Positions 53,608 through 64,000 of a stretch of 64,000 nucleotides of DNA are shown one piece after another. The notes under the pieces were generated by a model that saw nothing but the letters and a program-made list of their open reading frames with translations, ran no database searches and had not been told where the DNA came from. A program made the position numbers and the translations under genes. Every line of letters starts with the position of its first letter. Within the stretch, counting starts at the first letter, position 1. Location: positions 1 through 64,000 of the IMG/VR virus record IMGVR_UViG_3300047548_001122. One strand, 5' to 3'.

Positions 53608-54416
53608 TGGCAAACGTTTTAGATAGACTTACTTCAACTTTTGATTCGTCCAAATTCGGAAATGATATTAATTTAAGTGAAAAAGCACAACAATTTTTGA
53701 ATACCAACCCAATAAAAGTTTCTGCTTGGGCAGCAAACGATTTATCAAATGGTGCAGTAACAAGATCGGATTATTTTCAAAATCCTATGTCATCAATTAT
53801 TACGTCAATATCATCAAATGTGAATTCTATTATCGCATTATGTACGAATGATCCGGCAAATAATTATCCTTCTGCTACGGCATCAGTAAAAAATTTGGCT
53901 AATTCTTCAAATAATCTAATAAATCAATTAAATTTATTTTTAGGACATACAGATAGAATTTCGGGAGTTTCCGAACCAATAGTTGATATCGCAACAAACA
54001 CTTTAAAACCAGATTATCAGTCTTGTATAGGTGTTGGTGGAATGTTACTGACATTGACAGCTACAACTGACAATGTTAGAACTGCTGAACCTATTTTAAA
54101 TTTTTTCACTAGTCTGTATATAGAAGATGAATTGACTGCGAACAATTGGAGTATAGGAAATTCAAAAGTTTCATTACAAACTATACCTTCCGCATTGACA
54201 TCTTCTGAGGTAAATGCAATGAATGTAATAATAAACACGGCAAATACTTTAATATATCAAAGAAGAACAGAGGATGAGAACTATTTTTACGGTTCACAAC
54301 AAATATTGGATGATTTTCAGTTATTAAATTCATTGGAAAACTCTGGTAGTACAGAGAGGAACCTAATTAACAGTAAAATTGGAACCACAAAACTCAAAAC
54401 CTCTGTAGGTAGTTGA
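53607..54416 (+). CDS. hypothetical virion protein
   Basis: 269 aa in baseplate operon. Confidence 0.65.
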   Translation: MANVLDRLTSTFDSSKFGNDINLSEKAQQFLNTNPIKVSAWAANDLSNGAVTRSDYFQNPMSSIITSISSNVNSIIALCTNDPANNYPSATASVKNLANSSNNLINQLNLFLGHTDRISGVSEPIVDIATNTLKPDYQSCIGVGGMLLTLTATTDNVRTAEPILNFFTSLYIEDELTANNWSIGNSKVSLQTIPSALTSSEVNAMNVIINTANTLIYQRRTEDENYFYGSQQILDDFQLLNSLENSGSTERNLINSKIGTTKLKTSVGS

Positions 54417-54427
54417 ATAAATAAAGA

Positions 54428-54832
54428 ATGGCAAACATTACTACGAATGTCGCAAGAACGTATAAGGACTTAGACCTCCTTTTTAATGTTCATCCGATAA
54501 AAAAAGACATCAATAAACACACTGCCGAAATGGCGGTGATTAATTCTATTAAAAATCTGGTTCTCACAAATCATTATGAAAGACCGTTTCAACCAGAACT
54601 TGGATGTAACGTTTCTAAACTTTTATTTGAGAATTTAGATTTTGTTACTGCAGCTTCTCTGGAAAGAGAAATACAACAAACTATTAATAATTTTGAACCT
54701 AGAGCCTCAGTATATAGAGTAAAAGCTATTCCAGACTATGATAATAATGGATTTACCGTTGATATGGAATTTTTAATTAGAAATAGAACAGAGCCCGTAA
54801 CAATAACATTTTTTCTAGATCGAGTAAGATAA
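54428..54832 (+). CDS. gp25: baseplate wedge gp25
   Basis: YKDLDL, SIKNLVLT..ERPFQP, NFEPR. Confidence 0.93.
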   Translation: MANITTNVARTYKDLDLLFNVHPIKKDINKHTAEMAVINSIKNLVLTNHYERPFQPELGCNVSKLLFENLDFVTAASLEREIQQTINNFEPRASVYRVKAIPDYDNNGFTVDMEFLIRNRTEPVTITFFLDRVR

Positions 54833-56908
54833 ATGACAGATCGTTTAAGAGTAACCGAACTTGATTTTGATACTATAAAATCAAATTTAAAAACATTTTT
54901 AAAAAGTCAGAATGAATTTTCAGATTATGATTTTGATGGTTCTGGTTTAAGTGTTCTTTTAGATATATTAGCTTATAATACACACTATAATGCCTACTAT
55001 CTAAACATGATTGCAAATGAATCTTTTTTAGATACTGCATTATTAAGAAATTCGGTTGTTTCACATGCTAAAAAATTTGGTTATGTTCCAAGGTCATCAA
55101 CAGCGGCAAGAGCTACAGTTAATTTTACAATCAACACTTTAGATTCAACTCCCGGCACTTTGACTTTACCTAAGGGATATAAATTTTTAACTAGTTTATT
55201 GGATGACAGACTCTATACTTTTGTCACACTAGAAGATACTACGGTTTCTAAGTCAGGAACAAATTTTGTTTTTTCAAATTTAAAAATATATGAAGGTTCT
55301 TTAAACAGATATTCGTTCAATCATTCCGAATCGTCAAATCCAAAACAAATATTTTCTATACCAGAAACAAACATTGACACCTCAACATTAAAAGTTACTG
55401 TACAACAATCAAGTTCAAATACCGATACTGTTGTTTATAATTTAGCTAGTGATGTAATTAATCTTACTGCAAATTCTAATGTTTATTTCTTACAGGAAGG
55501 AGTAAATAACCAATATGAAATTTATTTCGGTGATAATGTTATTGGTAAAAAACTTCCTGATGGTGGTGTAGTAAGTGTTAGTTATCTCTCAACAAGTGGA
55601 TCAGTAGCCAATAAAGCTAATAATTTTACTGCCACAGGATCAATTTTATCATATACGAATTTTACCGTATCTTCTGTTGCAGCTGCCGCTGGTGGGTCTG
55701 AAAGAGAAACGGTAGATCAAATTAAGTTTGCGGCACCTTTACAGTTTACTTCACAGAATAGAGCAGTAACGAAAAACGATTACGTTAAGATAATACAACA
55801 AAGATATCCACAGTTTGATGCGGTAAACGTATGGGGTGGTGAAGAAAATATTCCTCCAGTTTATGGTAAAGTTTTTATTTCTGCAAAACCAAAATTAGGA
55901 TTTGAAGTTTCCGATACCGAAAAAGATTATTTTATTAATGAAATAGTTAAACCTGTGAGTGTATTAACTGTTACGCCTGAATTTGTAGATGTTGATTATA
56001 ACTTTATTAAATTAATTTCTACTGTCTATTATGATCCAACAAAAACAGATTTGAATACTTCTACTTTACAGTCTAAAGTAACTAGTTCTATAAATTCTTT
56101 TGCAAATCAAAATTTAAATAAATTTAATTCTTTGTTTAGTTCATCAAAGTTGAGAACAAATATTGATAATAGTGATACTTCAATAACTTCAAATGAATTA
56201 GAAATATTTTTATCCAAAAGATTTAGACCCACTTTAAATCAAACAAATACATATACTTTAGATTTTGGTATGGAATTATCTAGAGGAACAACTTTAGATA
56301 ACTTTTATTCTTCACCAAATTTTACAATTTTGGATGAAAATTTAGTTCAGAGAACTTGTTTCTTAGAAGAAGTTCCATCTTCATTTACTGGCGTAGAAAC
56401 AATAACCGTAATAACACCAGGATCAGGATACACATCAACACCAACTATTGAAATTGTTGGTGATGGTCGAGGTGCTAAAGCTTCAGCTATTATCGTTAAC
56501 GGTAAATTAAACTCTGTTGTGGTTACAAATCCTGGAGTAGGATACACCACTGCAACCATAAGAATAATTGGTGGTGGAGGAACAGGAGCAACAGCTGATT
56601 CAGTTTTGGAAAATAGATTCGGTAAAATAAGAATAGCTTATTTTAAACCAGATGAAGTTACAAGTAGAAGTACAAAAGTCATTTTGAATTCTGAAAAAAA
56701 TGAAGGGTTTACAGGAACTATTGATTACGTTTTAGGTAAAGTTACAATTAACGATTTTGCTCCCCTATCGATTGACAATGATTTTGGAGAACTGAGTATT
56801 AATGTTAGACCAAAATCAACCGTATTACAGTCTATAAAAAATAAAATGTTAGCTTTTGACAGTGCTGATCCAACAAGTGTTGTCGTACAATTGAAAGCTG
56901 TAAAGTAA
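54833..56908 (+). CDS. gp6: baseplate wedge gp6
   Basis: ELDFD.IK, DYDFDGSGL, LAYNTHY, QNRAVT..DY, WGGEE. Confidence 0.95.
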   Translation: MTDRLRVTELDFDTIKSNLKTFLKSQNEFSDYDFDGSGLSVLLDILAYNTHYNAYYLNMIANESFLDTALLRNSVVSHAKKFGYVPRSSTAARATVNFTINTLDSTPGTLTLPKGYKFLTSLLDDRLYTFVTLEDTTVSKSGTNFVFSNLKIYEGSLNRYSFNHSESSNPKQIFSIPETNIDTSTLKVTVQQSSSNTDTVVYNLASDVINLTANSNVYFLQEGVNNQYEIYFGDNVIGKKLPDGGVVSVSYLSTSGSVANKANNFTATGSILSYTNFTVSSVAAAAGGSERETVDQIKFAAPLQFTSQNRAVTKNDYVKIIQQRYPQFDAVNVWGGEENIPPVYGKVFISAKPKLGFEVSDTEKDYFINEIVKPVSVLTVTPEFVDVDYNFIKLISTVYYDPTKTDLNTSTLQSKVTSSINSFANQNLNKFNSLFSSSKLRTNIDNSDTSITSNELEIFLSKRFRPTLNQTNTYTLDFGMELSRGTTLDNFYSSPNFTILDENLVQRTCFLEEVPSSFTGVETITVITPGSGYTSTPTIEIVGDGRGAKASAIIVNGKLNSVVVTNPGVGYTTATIRIIGGGGTGATADSVLENRFGKIRIAYFKPDEVTSRSTKVILNSEKNEGFTGTIDYVLGKVTINDFAPLSIDNDFGELSINVRPKSTVLQSIKNKMLAFDSADPTSVVVQLKAVK

Positions 56909-56909
56909 A

Positions 56910-59702
56910 ATGTCACAATTAGTCACTTCTAGTTTAGTATCGAGCCAACTTCCCGATTTTGTTAGATCGGATAATCCTAAATTCGTACTATTTTTGGAAA
57001 AATATTACGAGTGGTTGGAAAAAAGTAATAATGTAATTTTTGAAACGAATACTTTATACGACTCTAAAGATTTAGATATTGCTGATGAATACTATTTAAA
57101 TGAGATAGTAAAGGAAATATTACCTTATTTTCCAAAAGAAATTCTTTTAGACAAATCAAAATTTATAAAACAAGTAGGAGAGTTTTATAGAAGCAAAGGC
57201 ACTCCTGAATCTCTAAAATTCCTTTTTAGAATATTATATAATGAAGAAATCGAAGTTTATTTTCCCAAAGAACAGGTACTAAAACTATCGGACGGAAAAT
57301 GGGTTCTTCCTTTATCTTTGAGAGTTGAAACAGGTGATAATAATATTTTTGATATTGAACGTTGCAAAATAACAGGTACGTCATCAAAATCAACAGCTAT
57401 TGTTGAGAAGGTTATAAAATCTGTTGATAGACAATTAGGTATTCAATATATTGAACTGTATATTTCAAATATCGAAAAATTATTTACCACTGGTGAAAAC
57501 GTAACAACAACAATAGTTAGAACTGATGGTACTGAAGATTTTGTTACTGCAAAATTAATTGGATCACTTTCTGAAATTAAAATTGATCCTAGAAATAGAG
57601 GATTATTTTATAATGGTTACGACCCTGAACTAAATTATGATGGCGATCCAGTTACAATTGTTGGAGGATTAAATCCTACATCAAATAATCCTATTGGTGC
57701 TATAGCAACAGTAGGTAATGTTTTAAAAGGTTCGGTAGATGATGTTTTAATTACTAATGGAGGTTTTGGATTTAGAAGTCCTATTCTATATCAGAATTCT
57801 TCAATATTAGATTTTAATGGTGGGTTTAAGGATGTTCTTTTGGGTGCTGAAGCAAAAGCTCAAATACTTTTATTAAATGAAAAAGTATATAGAACTGTGA
57901 ATGTTAGTAATATAACCATAGAAAGTTTTTATGGTTCAAATATTAATGCTATTGATAATTTAGCAAATACAAAAACCATTAATGAATTAACCACGAAACA
58001 AACATTAAATGTTTTTCCAATTTCTTATGTTACAGTAGAATCTTCTGGTGGTGGGTATAAAACAAAACCAGATTTAAATTTTTATAGTTTGTATATGGAA
58101 GAACTTGAAGATACGTTGGTTATATCTTCAGCTACAGCCGTTAAAGACACAAATGTACTATTAGATGAATCTCAAGATTTAACACTCTCTTTTGAACCAG
58201 GTGAATCCGTTAGATTATTTTTAAAGAACAGATATGAAGAAGTAAAGATTGTAGCTAATGTTTCATCTAATACAATAACTTTTTTTGATAATTTTGAAAA
58301 TAATATTGACAATCTTTCTGTTTATAAATTGAACAGAAGAAAATTGACTGAAGTTGGTTCACTGGGCAGAATAGAAATCATAAATGGTGGTAATGGATAT
58401 AATGTTGGTGATTCATTAGTTTTCAGTAGTAATGGAAGAGGATATGGAGCAAATGCTAACGTAACTTCCGTACATGCAGGAAATAATGGAATTAAAACTG
58501 TAGAATTTTATGAAACAACCGATTATATAAGAGGTGGTGAAGGATACACAAGAGCAGATTTACCAACAGTAACAGTCACATCTTCTGGTGGTTCTAACGC
58601 TGTTCTTAAAGTCACCGAAATTTTAGGAGACGGGGTATCAACTGATATTTCTACAACTAGAATTGGTGCCATTTCCACAATTAGAGTAGTAAGTTATGGT
58701 TATGATTACATTGCATCTCCTATAGTCTCGTTAAGAAATGCTGATATATTATTGAGTAACGTTACTGAAGGTGAGATTTATGTAGCCAATAGTAAAGTTT
58801 ACCAAGGAGATACTAATGCAACTTCCTCATGGTCGGCTTACGTTGACAAATATTTTACCGCTAATAACTTCCTACGTGTTTATGACTATAAAGGAACTTT
58901 TGATAACGATTTACCAGTAAAATCCGATGATGATGTGACAACAGGAAATGTTATCTCTTACTCTGCTTATGGTGACGGTAAAGCTAAAGCAACAGCTACT
59001 TTTGAAAACGGATTGATTCGTTATCCTGGAATTTATTTGAATACTGATGGACAACCAAGTTCAGATCAAAAACTTCAAGACGATAAAAAGTACCATAACT
59101 ATTCATATGTTATTAATACAACAAACGAAAATTATAAGTTCAAGAAAACTTTACAAGAAGTTTTACACCCTATAGGCATGAAGTCGTTTGCAACCAGAAT
59201 TGATACTAATCCTAAACAAGCTTCAACTAAGAATTTGAGTATTATATATTTGACTCAAGATATACATTCGAATACGTTTAATATATCGAATTCTACAAAC
59301 AATATGATTTCCACATCATTGACACCCAATGTACAATCGGAAATTATTGTTGGTGATATTATCATATTGAAGAATTTGGAAAAACAGTTAGTTGGAACAG
59401 CAAACATAGTTTCCAGTTCTAATGTGATTACAGGTAACGGCACCAACTTTATAAATGATATTGTTGATGGCCAGACGATCTACCTATCATCTGGCAATAC
59501 AATAGTAGTGAAAACTGTGGTTAATGCAAATACAATTTTTGCAGAGTCTAGCTTAAATATCACCTCAAATGATTTATTGATTAATGTGTCTTTCGATGAG
59601 ACTAGAGAAGTAACATTTGTAAATTCTAACACCGTTCTTGTAGATACTAACTTTACTGCCACAAACAATTTCGTTTCAGTAATCGTACAAAAAGTGAGAT
59701 AA
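56910..59702 (+). CDS. baseplate wedge initiator, gp7-like
   Basis: SQLPDFV, FYRSKGT..S..FLFRILY, LQD..Y..YSY, LHP.GM. Confidence 0.75.
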   Translation: MSQLVTSSLVSSQLPDFVRSDNPKFVLFLEKYYEWLEKSNNVIFETNTLYDSKDLDIADEYYLNEIVKEILPYFPKEILLDKSKFIKQVGEFYRSKGTPESLKFLFRILYNEEIEVYFPKEQVLKLSDGKWVLPLSLRVETGDNNIFDIERCKITGTSSKSTAIVEKVIKSVDRQLGIQYIELYISNIEKLFTTGENVTTTIVRTDGTEDFVTAKLIGSLSEIKIDPRNRGLFYNGYDPELNYDGDPVTIVGGLNPTSNNPIGAIATVGNVLKGSVDDVLITNGGFGFRSPILYQNSSILDFNGGFKDVLLGAEAKAQILLLNEKVYRTVNVSNITIESFYGSNINAIDNLANTKTINELTTKQTLNVFPISYVTVESSGGGYKTKPDLNFYSLYMEELEDTLVISSATAVKDTNVLLDESQDLTLSFEPGESVRLFLKNRYEEVKIVANVSSNTITFFDNFENNIDNLSVYKLNRRKLTEVGSLGRIEIINGGNGYNVGDSLVFSSNGRGYGANANVTSVHAGNNGIKTVEFYETTDYIRGGEGYTRADLPTVTVTSSGGSNAVLKVTEILGDGVSTDISTTRIGAISTIRVVSYGYDYIASPIVSLRNADILLSNVTEGEIYVANSKVYQGDTNATSSWSAYVDKYFTANNFLRVYDYKGTFDNDLPVKSDDDVTTGNVISYSAYGDGKAKATATFENGLIRYPGIYLNTDGQPSSDQKLQDDKKYHNYSYVINTTNENYKFKKTLQEVLHPIGMKSFATRIDTNPKQASTKNLSIIYLTQDIHSNTFNISNSTNNMISTSLTPNVQSEIIVGDIIILKNLEKQLVGTANIVSSSNVITGNGTNFINDIVDGQTIYLSSGNTIVVKTVVNANTIFAESSLNITSNDLLINVSFDETREVTFVNSNTVLVDTNFTATNNFVSVIVQKVR

Positions 59703-59710
59703 ATAAGTCC

Positions 59711-61048
59711 ATGTCCTCAATTATAACAAACAATTTTTCTACTTTAATTGCACAACAGTTCATCAATATATTGGATGTTGGTGCAAATTCTTACCTTCCT
59801 TTATCAAGAAGGTCATATGTTTTTGCAACTTTAGGAAAACAGACGGTTTGGAATGAAAACGATACTGCTCCTACTCCAGGTCAATCAACTAGAGACTTGA
59901 TTGATTTTAGTGATAGGGCAATTGTTGCAAAAAGAATTGATTTGGATAGTGTTTCATTTGTTGTTCCCAGATACAATTGGACCTCTGGAGTAACATATTC
60001 TAGATACGGTTGTACAATTTGCCCAATAGGAACACCATTCTACGTTTTGAATTCTAAAGGTCAAGTTTTTAAGTGTTTAGATAATAATGGAAATTCTGCA
60101 TCCACCGATGAACCTGAATTATTTTTATCTGCAACATCCTTAGAAGAGCCATATTTTTTAACCTCCGATGGTTATAAGTGGAAATATTTGTACACTTTAA
60201 GTTCAAATCAGAAACAAAAATTTTTAAACGAAGAATGGATGCCAGTAACATTCAATCGATTCGTTAAAGCTGCCGCCATTAATAGAAGTATTGATATTGT
60301 TAGACTGACAAATTCTGGAAATAATTATGTTGATGGTCCAAATCAAAACATCATAACAATCGAAGGTGATGGAAGAAATGCGGTATTGAAAGCAAACGTA
60401 GTTGGTGGACAAGTAATTGATATTGTTGTACAGAGTAGAGGACAAGATTATACGAAAGCAAACCTTTCTTTTACTGATATTGCCGGTGGCGTTGGAACTG
60501 GAGCTTCAGCTGTTGTTACATTATCGCCACAAAACGGTCACGGATATGACCCAGTAGAGGAATTATATGCTAATACTGTTATGTTTAATGTTGATTTTGA
60601 AGGCAGTGTTGGTGGTTTATTTCCGGCAGAAAACGAATTTAGAGAAGTTACTTTACTTTACAATCCTTATGTTCGAGGAACAGAAACTTTAGCTTCAAGT
60701 ACATTTTATGAGATGTATAGCGAAATTCTAGTTTCACCTGGTGTTGGAGATTATAATAATGATGAAGTTATTATACAGGGAGAAGATTTAGAAACTGCAA
60801 CATTTAGTGCTGAAGTAATTGCTTTCGATGAAGGAACAAACGTAATTTATGTTAATAATTTAAGAGGAACATTTTCACCAAACTCTCCAATTAAAGGATT
60901 AACAAGTGGAGCGATAAGAATTGGTATTAATTCGAATCCACCACCATTGCAGTTATATTCGGGAAAAGTTTTATTTGTTTCCGATAAAGTACCAGTTACT
61001 AGAGATCCAGACCAAACAGATAGAATAAGATTTATTTTAAGTTTCTAA
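59711..61048 (+). CDS. gp8: baseplate wedge gp8
   Basis: PRYNW.SG, VFKCLDN, DGYKWKYLY, GHGYDP..EL. Confidence 0.88.
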   Translation: MSSIITNNFSTLIAQQFINILDVGANSYLPLSRRSYVFATLGKQTVWNENDTAPTPGQSTRDLIDFSDRAIVAKRIDLDSVSFVVPRYNWTSGVTYSRYGCTICPIGTPFYVLNSKGQVFKCLDNNGNSASTDEPELFLSATSLEEPYFLTSDGYKWKYLYTLSSNQKQKFLNEEWMPVTFNRFVKAAAINRSIDIVRLTNSGNNYVDGPNQNIITIEGDGRNAVLKANVVGGQVIDIVVQSRGQDYTKANLSFTDIAGGVGTGASAVVTLSPQNGHGYDPVEELYANTVMFNVDFEGSVGGLFPAENEFREVTLLYNPYVRGTETLASSTFYEMYSEILVSPGVGDYNNDEVIIQGEDLETATFSAEVIAFDEGTNVIYVNNLRGTFSPNSPIKGLTSGAIRIGINSNPPPLQLYSGKVLFVSDKVPVTRDPDQTDRIRFILSF

Positions 61049-61059
61049 AAGAGGAATAA

Positions 61060-64000
61060 ATGACTAAGCTTTTTAATTACGATCCATATTTTGACGATTT
61101 TGATGAAGATAAAAATTTCATGCGAGTTCTTTTTAGACCTGGTTATTCACTTCAGGCTAGAGAGTTAACTCAACTGCAAACTATTTTATCCAATCAAATA
61201 GAAAAGTTTGGCAACCATATTTTTAAAAATGGAAGTCCTATAACTGGTGGAAAAGTATCTTTAGATGATAGAGCTTATTATTTAATTTTAAAATCACAAT
61301 ATTCTGGACAAGATATAGTTTTAGAAGATTTTTTAGGTAAAACAATTGTTTCTTATAATTCAACAAAAATAATTAGAGCTAAAGTTATTGCAATTGATAA
61401 TTCAACAGCTTTTCCAATTTTGATTGTAAAATATTTAAGTGGAGATTTTTTTACTGAGGGTGATGAATTAAAAATATACGGACAAAATATTTTTGCCGAA
61501 CTTGCAGACACGGATGCTACAGGTCGTTCTTATGTTGCCAGTATACAGGATGGTATTTACTATTTTAAAGGTCAATTTGTTAAAATTTCTCCTCAGTTTT
61601 TAGTTTTAGAAATTTTTTATAGATTAGGGTTGAATTCTACAACTATCAATAAACAACCTTCATATAGAATAGGTATTGAATTTGAAGAATTGGTTATTGA
61701 TGAAATCGATGATGTCAGTCTTTTAGATCCTGCTCAAGGTTCATTTAACTATCAAGCTCCTGGTGCTACAAGATATAAAATTAATACTACTTTAAGTAAA
61801 AGAACACTTGATTCTGTTGACGAATCTTCTTTCTTTGAAGTATTAAGAATTGTTGAAGGTGTAAAAACAAAAGAAATAGATTATCCTATTTACAGTGAAA
61901 TTGAAAAAACTTTAGCTAGAAGAACTTTTGAAGAATCTGGAAACTACACAGTCGATCCTTTTGTAATCTCACTTGAAGAAGATTATGTGGATACTTCAAA
62001 CAGCAATTATGTTGATCCTGATTATTTCACTGCGGTTTTAGATCCAGGTAAAGCATATGTTGGTGGTTATGAGGTTCAAACTATTGCTCCAACAAAATTG
62101 CAGGTTGCTAGAGGAAGAACAACAGCAAATGTTAATGACTATGATTTACCTACGAATTATTCAAGTTATTTTTATGCGGCAAATGTACATGGTTCATTAA
62201 CAATTTCCGACTTTGATTTGTTTGATATTCATTGTGCCAATCATTCAAGTGTAAGTCTCGCTTCAACAACAGAATATAATTCATCTAAAATAGGCACACT
62301 TCGTGCTCACATGATGAAATATGACACATCAACAGCTTCCGATAACGGCACCACACATAAGTTTACGATAAACGTTTTTGATGTAAATGCTTCATCTATT
62401 ACAGGTTCATTAGCATCTTCCGGTTCGAATACTAGGTATGTTGTTTTACCTTCTTCATTTGCTCAACTTCCATCAGACAGTTATGCTGGTATGTTCTTTA
62501 GTATAAAGGATGGTGCCGGCGCTAGTTTGGCTCCAATCAGAATTGAAGGTTCGGACGGTTCAGCAAAAGCAATATGGTTATCTTCTGCTTTACCATTTAC
62601 ACCAGCTTCAAATACATTTTCAATCGATTCAGACTTTAAAACTTCAGAATCAATTGTATTAAAAGATGGAACAGCAAAAGTTTTTGCGGCAGATATTGAT
62701 TCCGAATCTAAAGATAACGATGGTTTTTCTTTCATAACAGAACCAAATAGACAAGGTTTAATTTTTGATGTTCCCTATGAAGCAATAAAAGCAAATACAA
62801 TTACTAATTTTGATTTCTTTGCTAGAAAAGTTTATTCAAACAAAGTTTCTAACGCCGGCGGTGTAATCACTCTGGCTACATCTGGTACAGACACTTTTGC
62901 TTTTGCTGGAACTCCAGGAACTTTATCTGATAATGTTATTTTAAATAATATTATCTGTTTCATTCGTTACGATTCGGCGTCAAATGGTACTTCTGGAATT
63001 ACACCAAATACTGTTTGTAGTTTAGCTAATAATTTATTTACTGTAACTGCTATTAACGATTCCACACTTGAAATAGATTTTAATACTGCCGGTGTTCGTG
63101 CTGACTTTATTGTTACAACTAAAGTTAATAATGCCGAAGATGGAACAAATGGTGCGATACGTGTAAAAACAATGTATCCACTATCGAACACTAAACACGA
63201 AGCCGTTGCATATACTGTTGATACTACAACAGGATTAACTTTAGCAAACACTGGAACAGTTACTCCAATTTCCGGTGGTTATGTTTTCCCAGATTTGGGT
63301 GTAACGTATTTTGATAATGAAGCGTTGACTGATGAAGGAACCGTAAGAAAATTAAAAACACCTGGCGTTCCTGTGAGTTTGCAAGTTCCTGATGTTTATG
63401 AAATTGTAAAAATCATTGATTCTAGAACTACCACAGGTAATATCACAACAGCTATGCTAACTGACCCAGCATACGATGTTACAAATAGATACGAATTTGA
63501 TAATGGTCAAAGAAAAACACATTACGATCATGCCACAATTAAACTAAAAAGAGGTTTTAGTTCACCTGTCGGTGGATCAATTTATGTAATGTACAATTAT
63601 ATGAGGCACAGTCAAGCACCATCGCCACAAAATATAGGATTGTTTACGGTTGATTCTTACCTTGGTGGTGGATCGAACATTACATATGATACCATTTCTA
63701 AATTTTTAGATAGAGATAAAGGAAAGTTTTTATCAGGTAGATCATCATTCGACTTTAGACCAACTAGAGAAATCGCAGGAGATTCCATTTCAGGAGCAGT
63801 TTGTCCTGATCCTGATTTTACTGCCGAACTTTCTTTCCAGAATTTCTTAGGAAGAGTAGATAAAATTGTTATTAAACCTTCTAAAGAAATCGTAGTAATT
63901 TCTGGCGAGTCTGCTGTTAAACCTTTACCTCCGCCAAATGACATTAACGACATGTTAATTTACACGTTGTATATTCCACCTTATACAGAAAGTGTAAAAG
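61060..64000 (+). CDS. VrlC-like/DUF4815 virion structural protein, runs off the window
   Basis: MTKLFNYDPYFDDFDEDKNFMRVLFRPGYSLQARELTQLQ, APGA.RYKI, LARRTFEESGNY. Confidence 0.85.
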   Translation, partial: MTKLFNYDPYFDDFDEDKNFMRVLFRPGYSLQARELTQLQTILSNQIEKFGNHIFKNGSPITGGKVSLDDRAYYLILKSQYSGQDIVLEDFLGKTIVSYNSTKIIRAKVIAIDNSTAFPILIVKYLSGDFFTEGDELKIYGQNIFAELADTDATGRSYVASIQDGIYYFKGQFVKISPQFLVLEIFYRLGLNSTTINKQPSYRIGIEFEELVIDEIDDVSLLDPAQGSFNYQAPGATRYKINTTLSKRTLDSVDESSFFEVLRIVEGVKTKEIDYPIYSEIEKTLARRTFEESGNYTVDPFVISLEEDYVDTSNSNYVDPDYFTAVLDPGKAYVGGYEVQTIAPTKLQVARGRTTANVNDYDLPTNYSSYFYAANVHGSLTISDFDLFDIHCANHSSVSLASTTEYNSSKIGTLRAHMMKYDTSTASDNGTTHKFTINVFDVNASSITGSLASSGSNTRYVVLPSSFAQLPSDSYAGMFFSIKDGAGASLAPIRIEGSDGSAKAIWLSSALPFTPASNTFSIDSDFKTSESIVLKDGTAKVFAADIDSESKDNDGFSFITEPNRQGLIFDVPYEAIKANTITNFDFFARKVYSNKVSNAGGVITLATSGTDTFAFAGTPGTLSDNVILNNIICFIRYDSASNGTSGITPNTVCSLANNLFTVTAINDSTLEIDFNTAGVRADFIVTTKVNNAEDGTNGAIRVKTMYPLSNTKHEAVAYTVDTTTGLTLANTGTVTPISGGYVFPDLGVTYFDNEALTDEGTVRKLKTPGVPVSLQVPDVYEIVKIIDSRTTTGNITTAMLTDPAYDVTNRYEFDNGQRKTHYDHATIKLKRGFSSPVGGSIYVMYNYMRHSQAPSPQNIGLFTVDSYLGGGSNITYDTISKFLDRDKGKFLSGRSSFDFRPTREIAGDSISGAVCPDPDFTAELSFQNFLGRVDKIVIKPSKEIVVISGESAVKPLPPPNDINDMLIYTLYIPPYTESVK

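Noticed and set aside
62481-63953. Three minus-strand ORFs
   Set aside because: Antisense to the long plus-strand ORF starting at 61060.
41268-64000. Stop-codon reassignment implied by suppressor tRNAs
   Set aside because: Structural genes are full length in the standard code and TAG still ends some genes (20653, 41268).

Overview
AT-rich segment of a large T4-like (myovirus) phage genome. The host is probably a Betaproteobacterium, inferred from the sequences of pqqA, ahpC/ahpD and the tmRNA tag. Layout: (1) 1-9300, short early ORFs behind repeated sigma70-like promoter cassettes. (2) 9300-18200, a translation island with 29 CCA-ending tRNA genes covering all 20 amino acids (including an amber suppressor, tRNA-UAU and an intron-split tRNA-Leu), several tRNA-like and unknown structured RNAs, a GOLLD-like RNA and micro-ORFs. 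(3) 18200-41250, ahpCD, RNase H, sugar-nucleotide genes, clpP, a permuted tmRNA, pqqA, gp33, gp59 and gp32. (4) 41250-64000, baseplate/tail genes. Best candidates for undescribed biology: a 41-codon leader using all 20 amino acids and wired to a terminator/antiterminator at the head of the tRNA array (a possible general tRNA-supply attenuator); an amber-readthrough-gated uORF (MEKLVA*IRPP*) beside the amber suppressor tRNA, positioned to unmask the next gene's SD; a family of long-stem-enclosed cargo RNAs between tRNAs; and a probable gp26-to-gp51 -1 frameshift. All calls are by eye; no searches or folding programs were run, so novelty is unverified.
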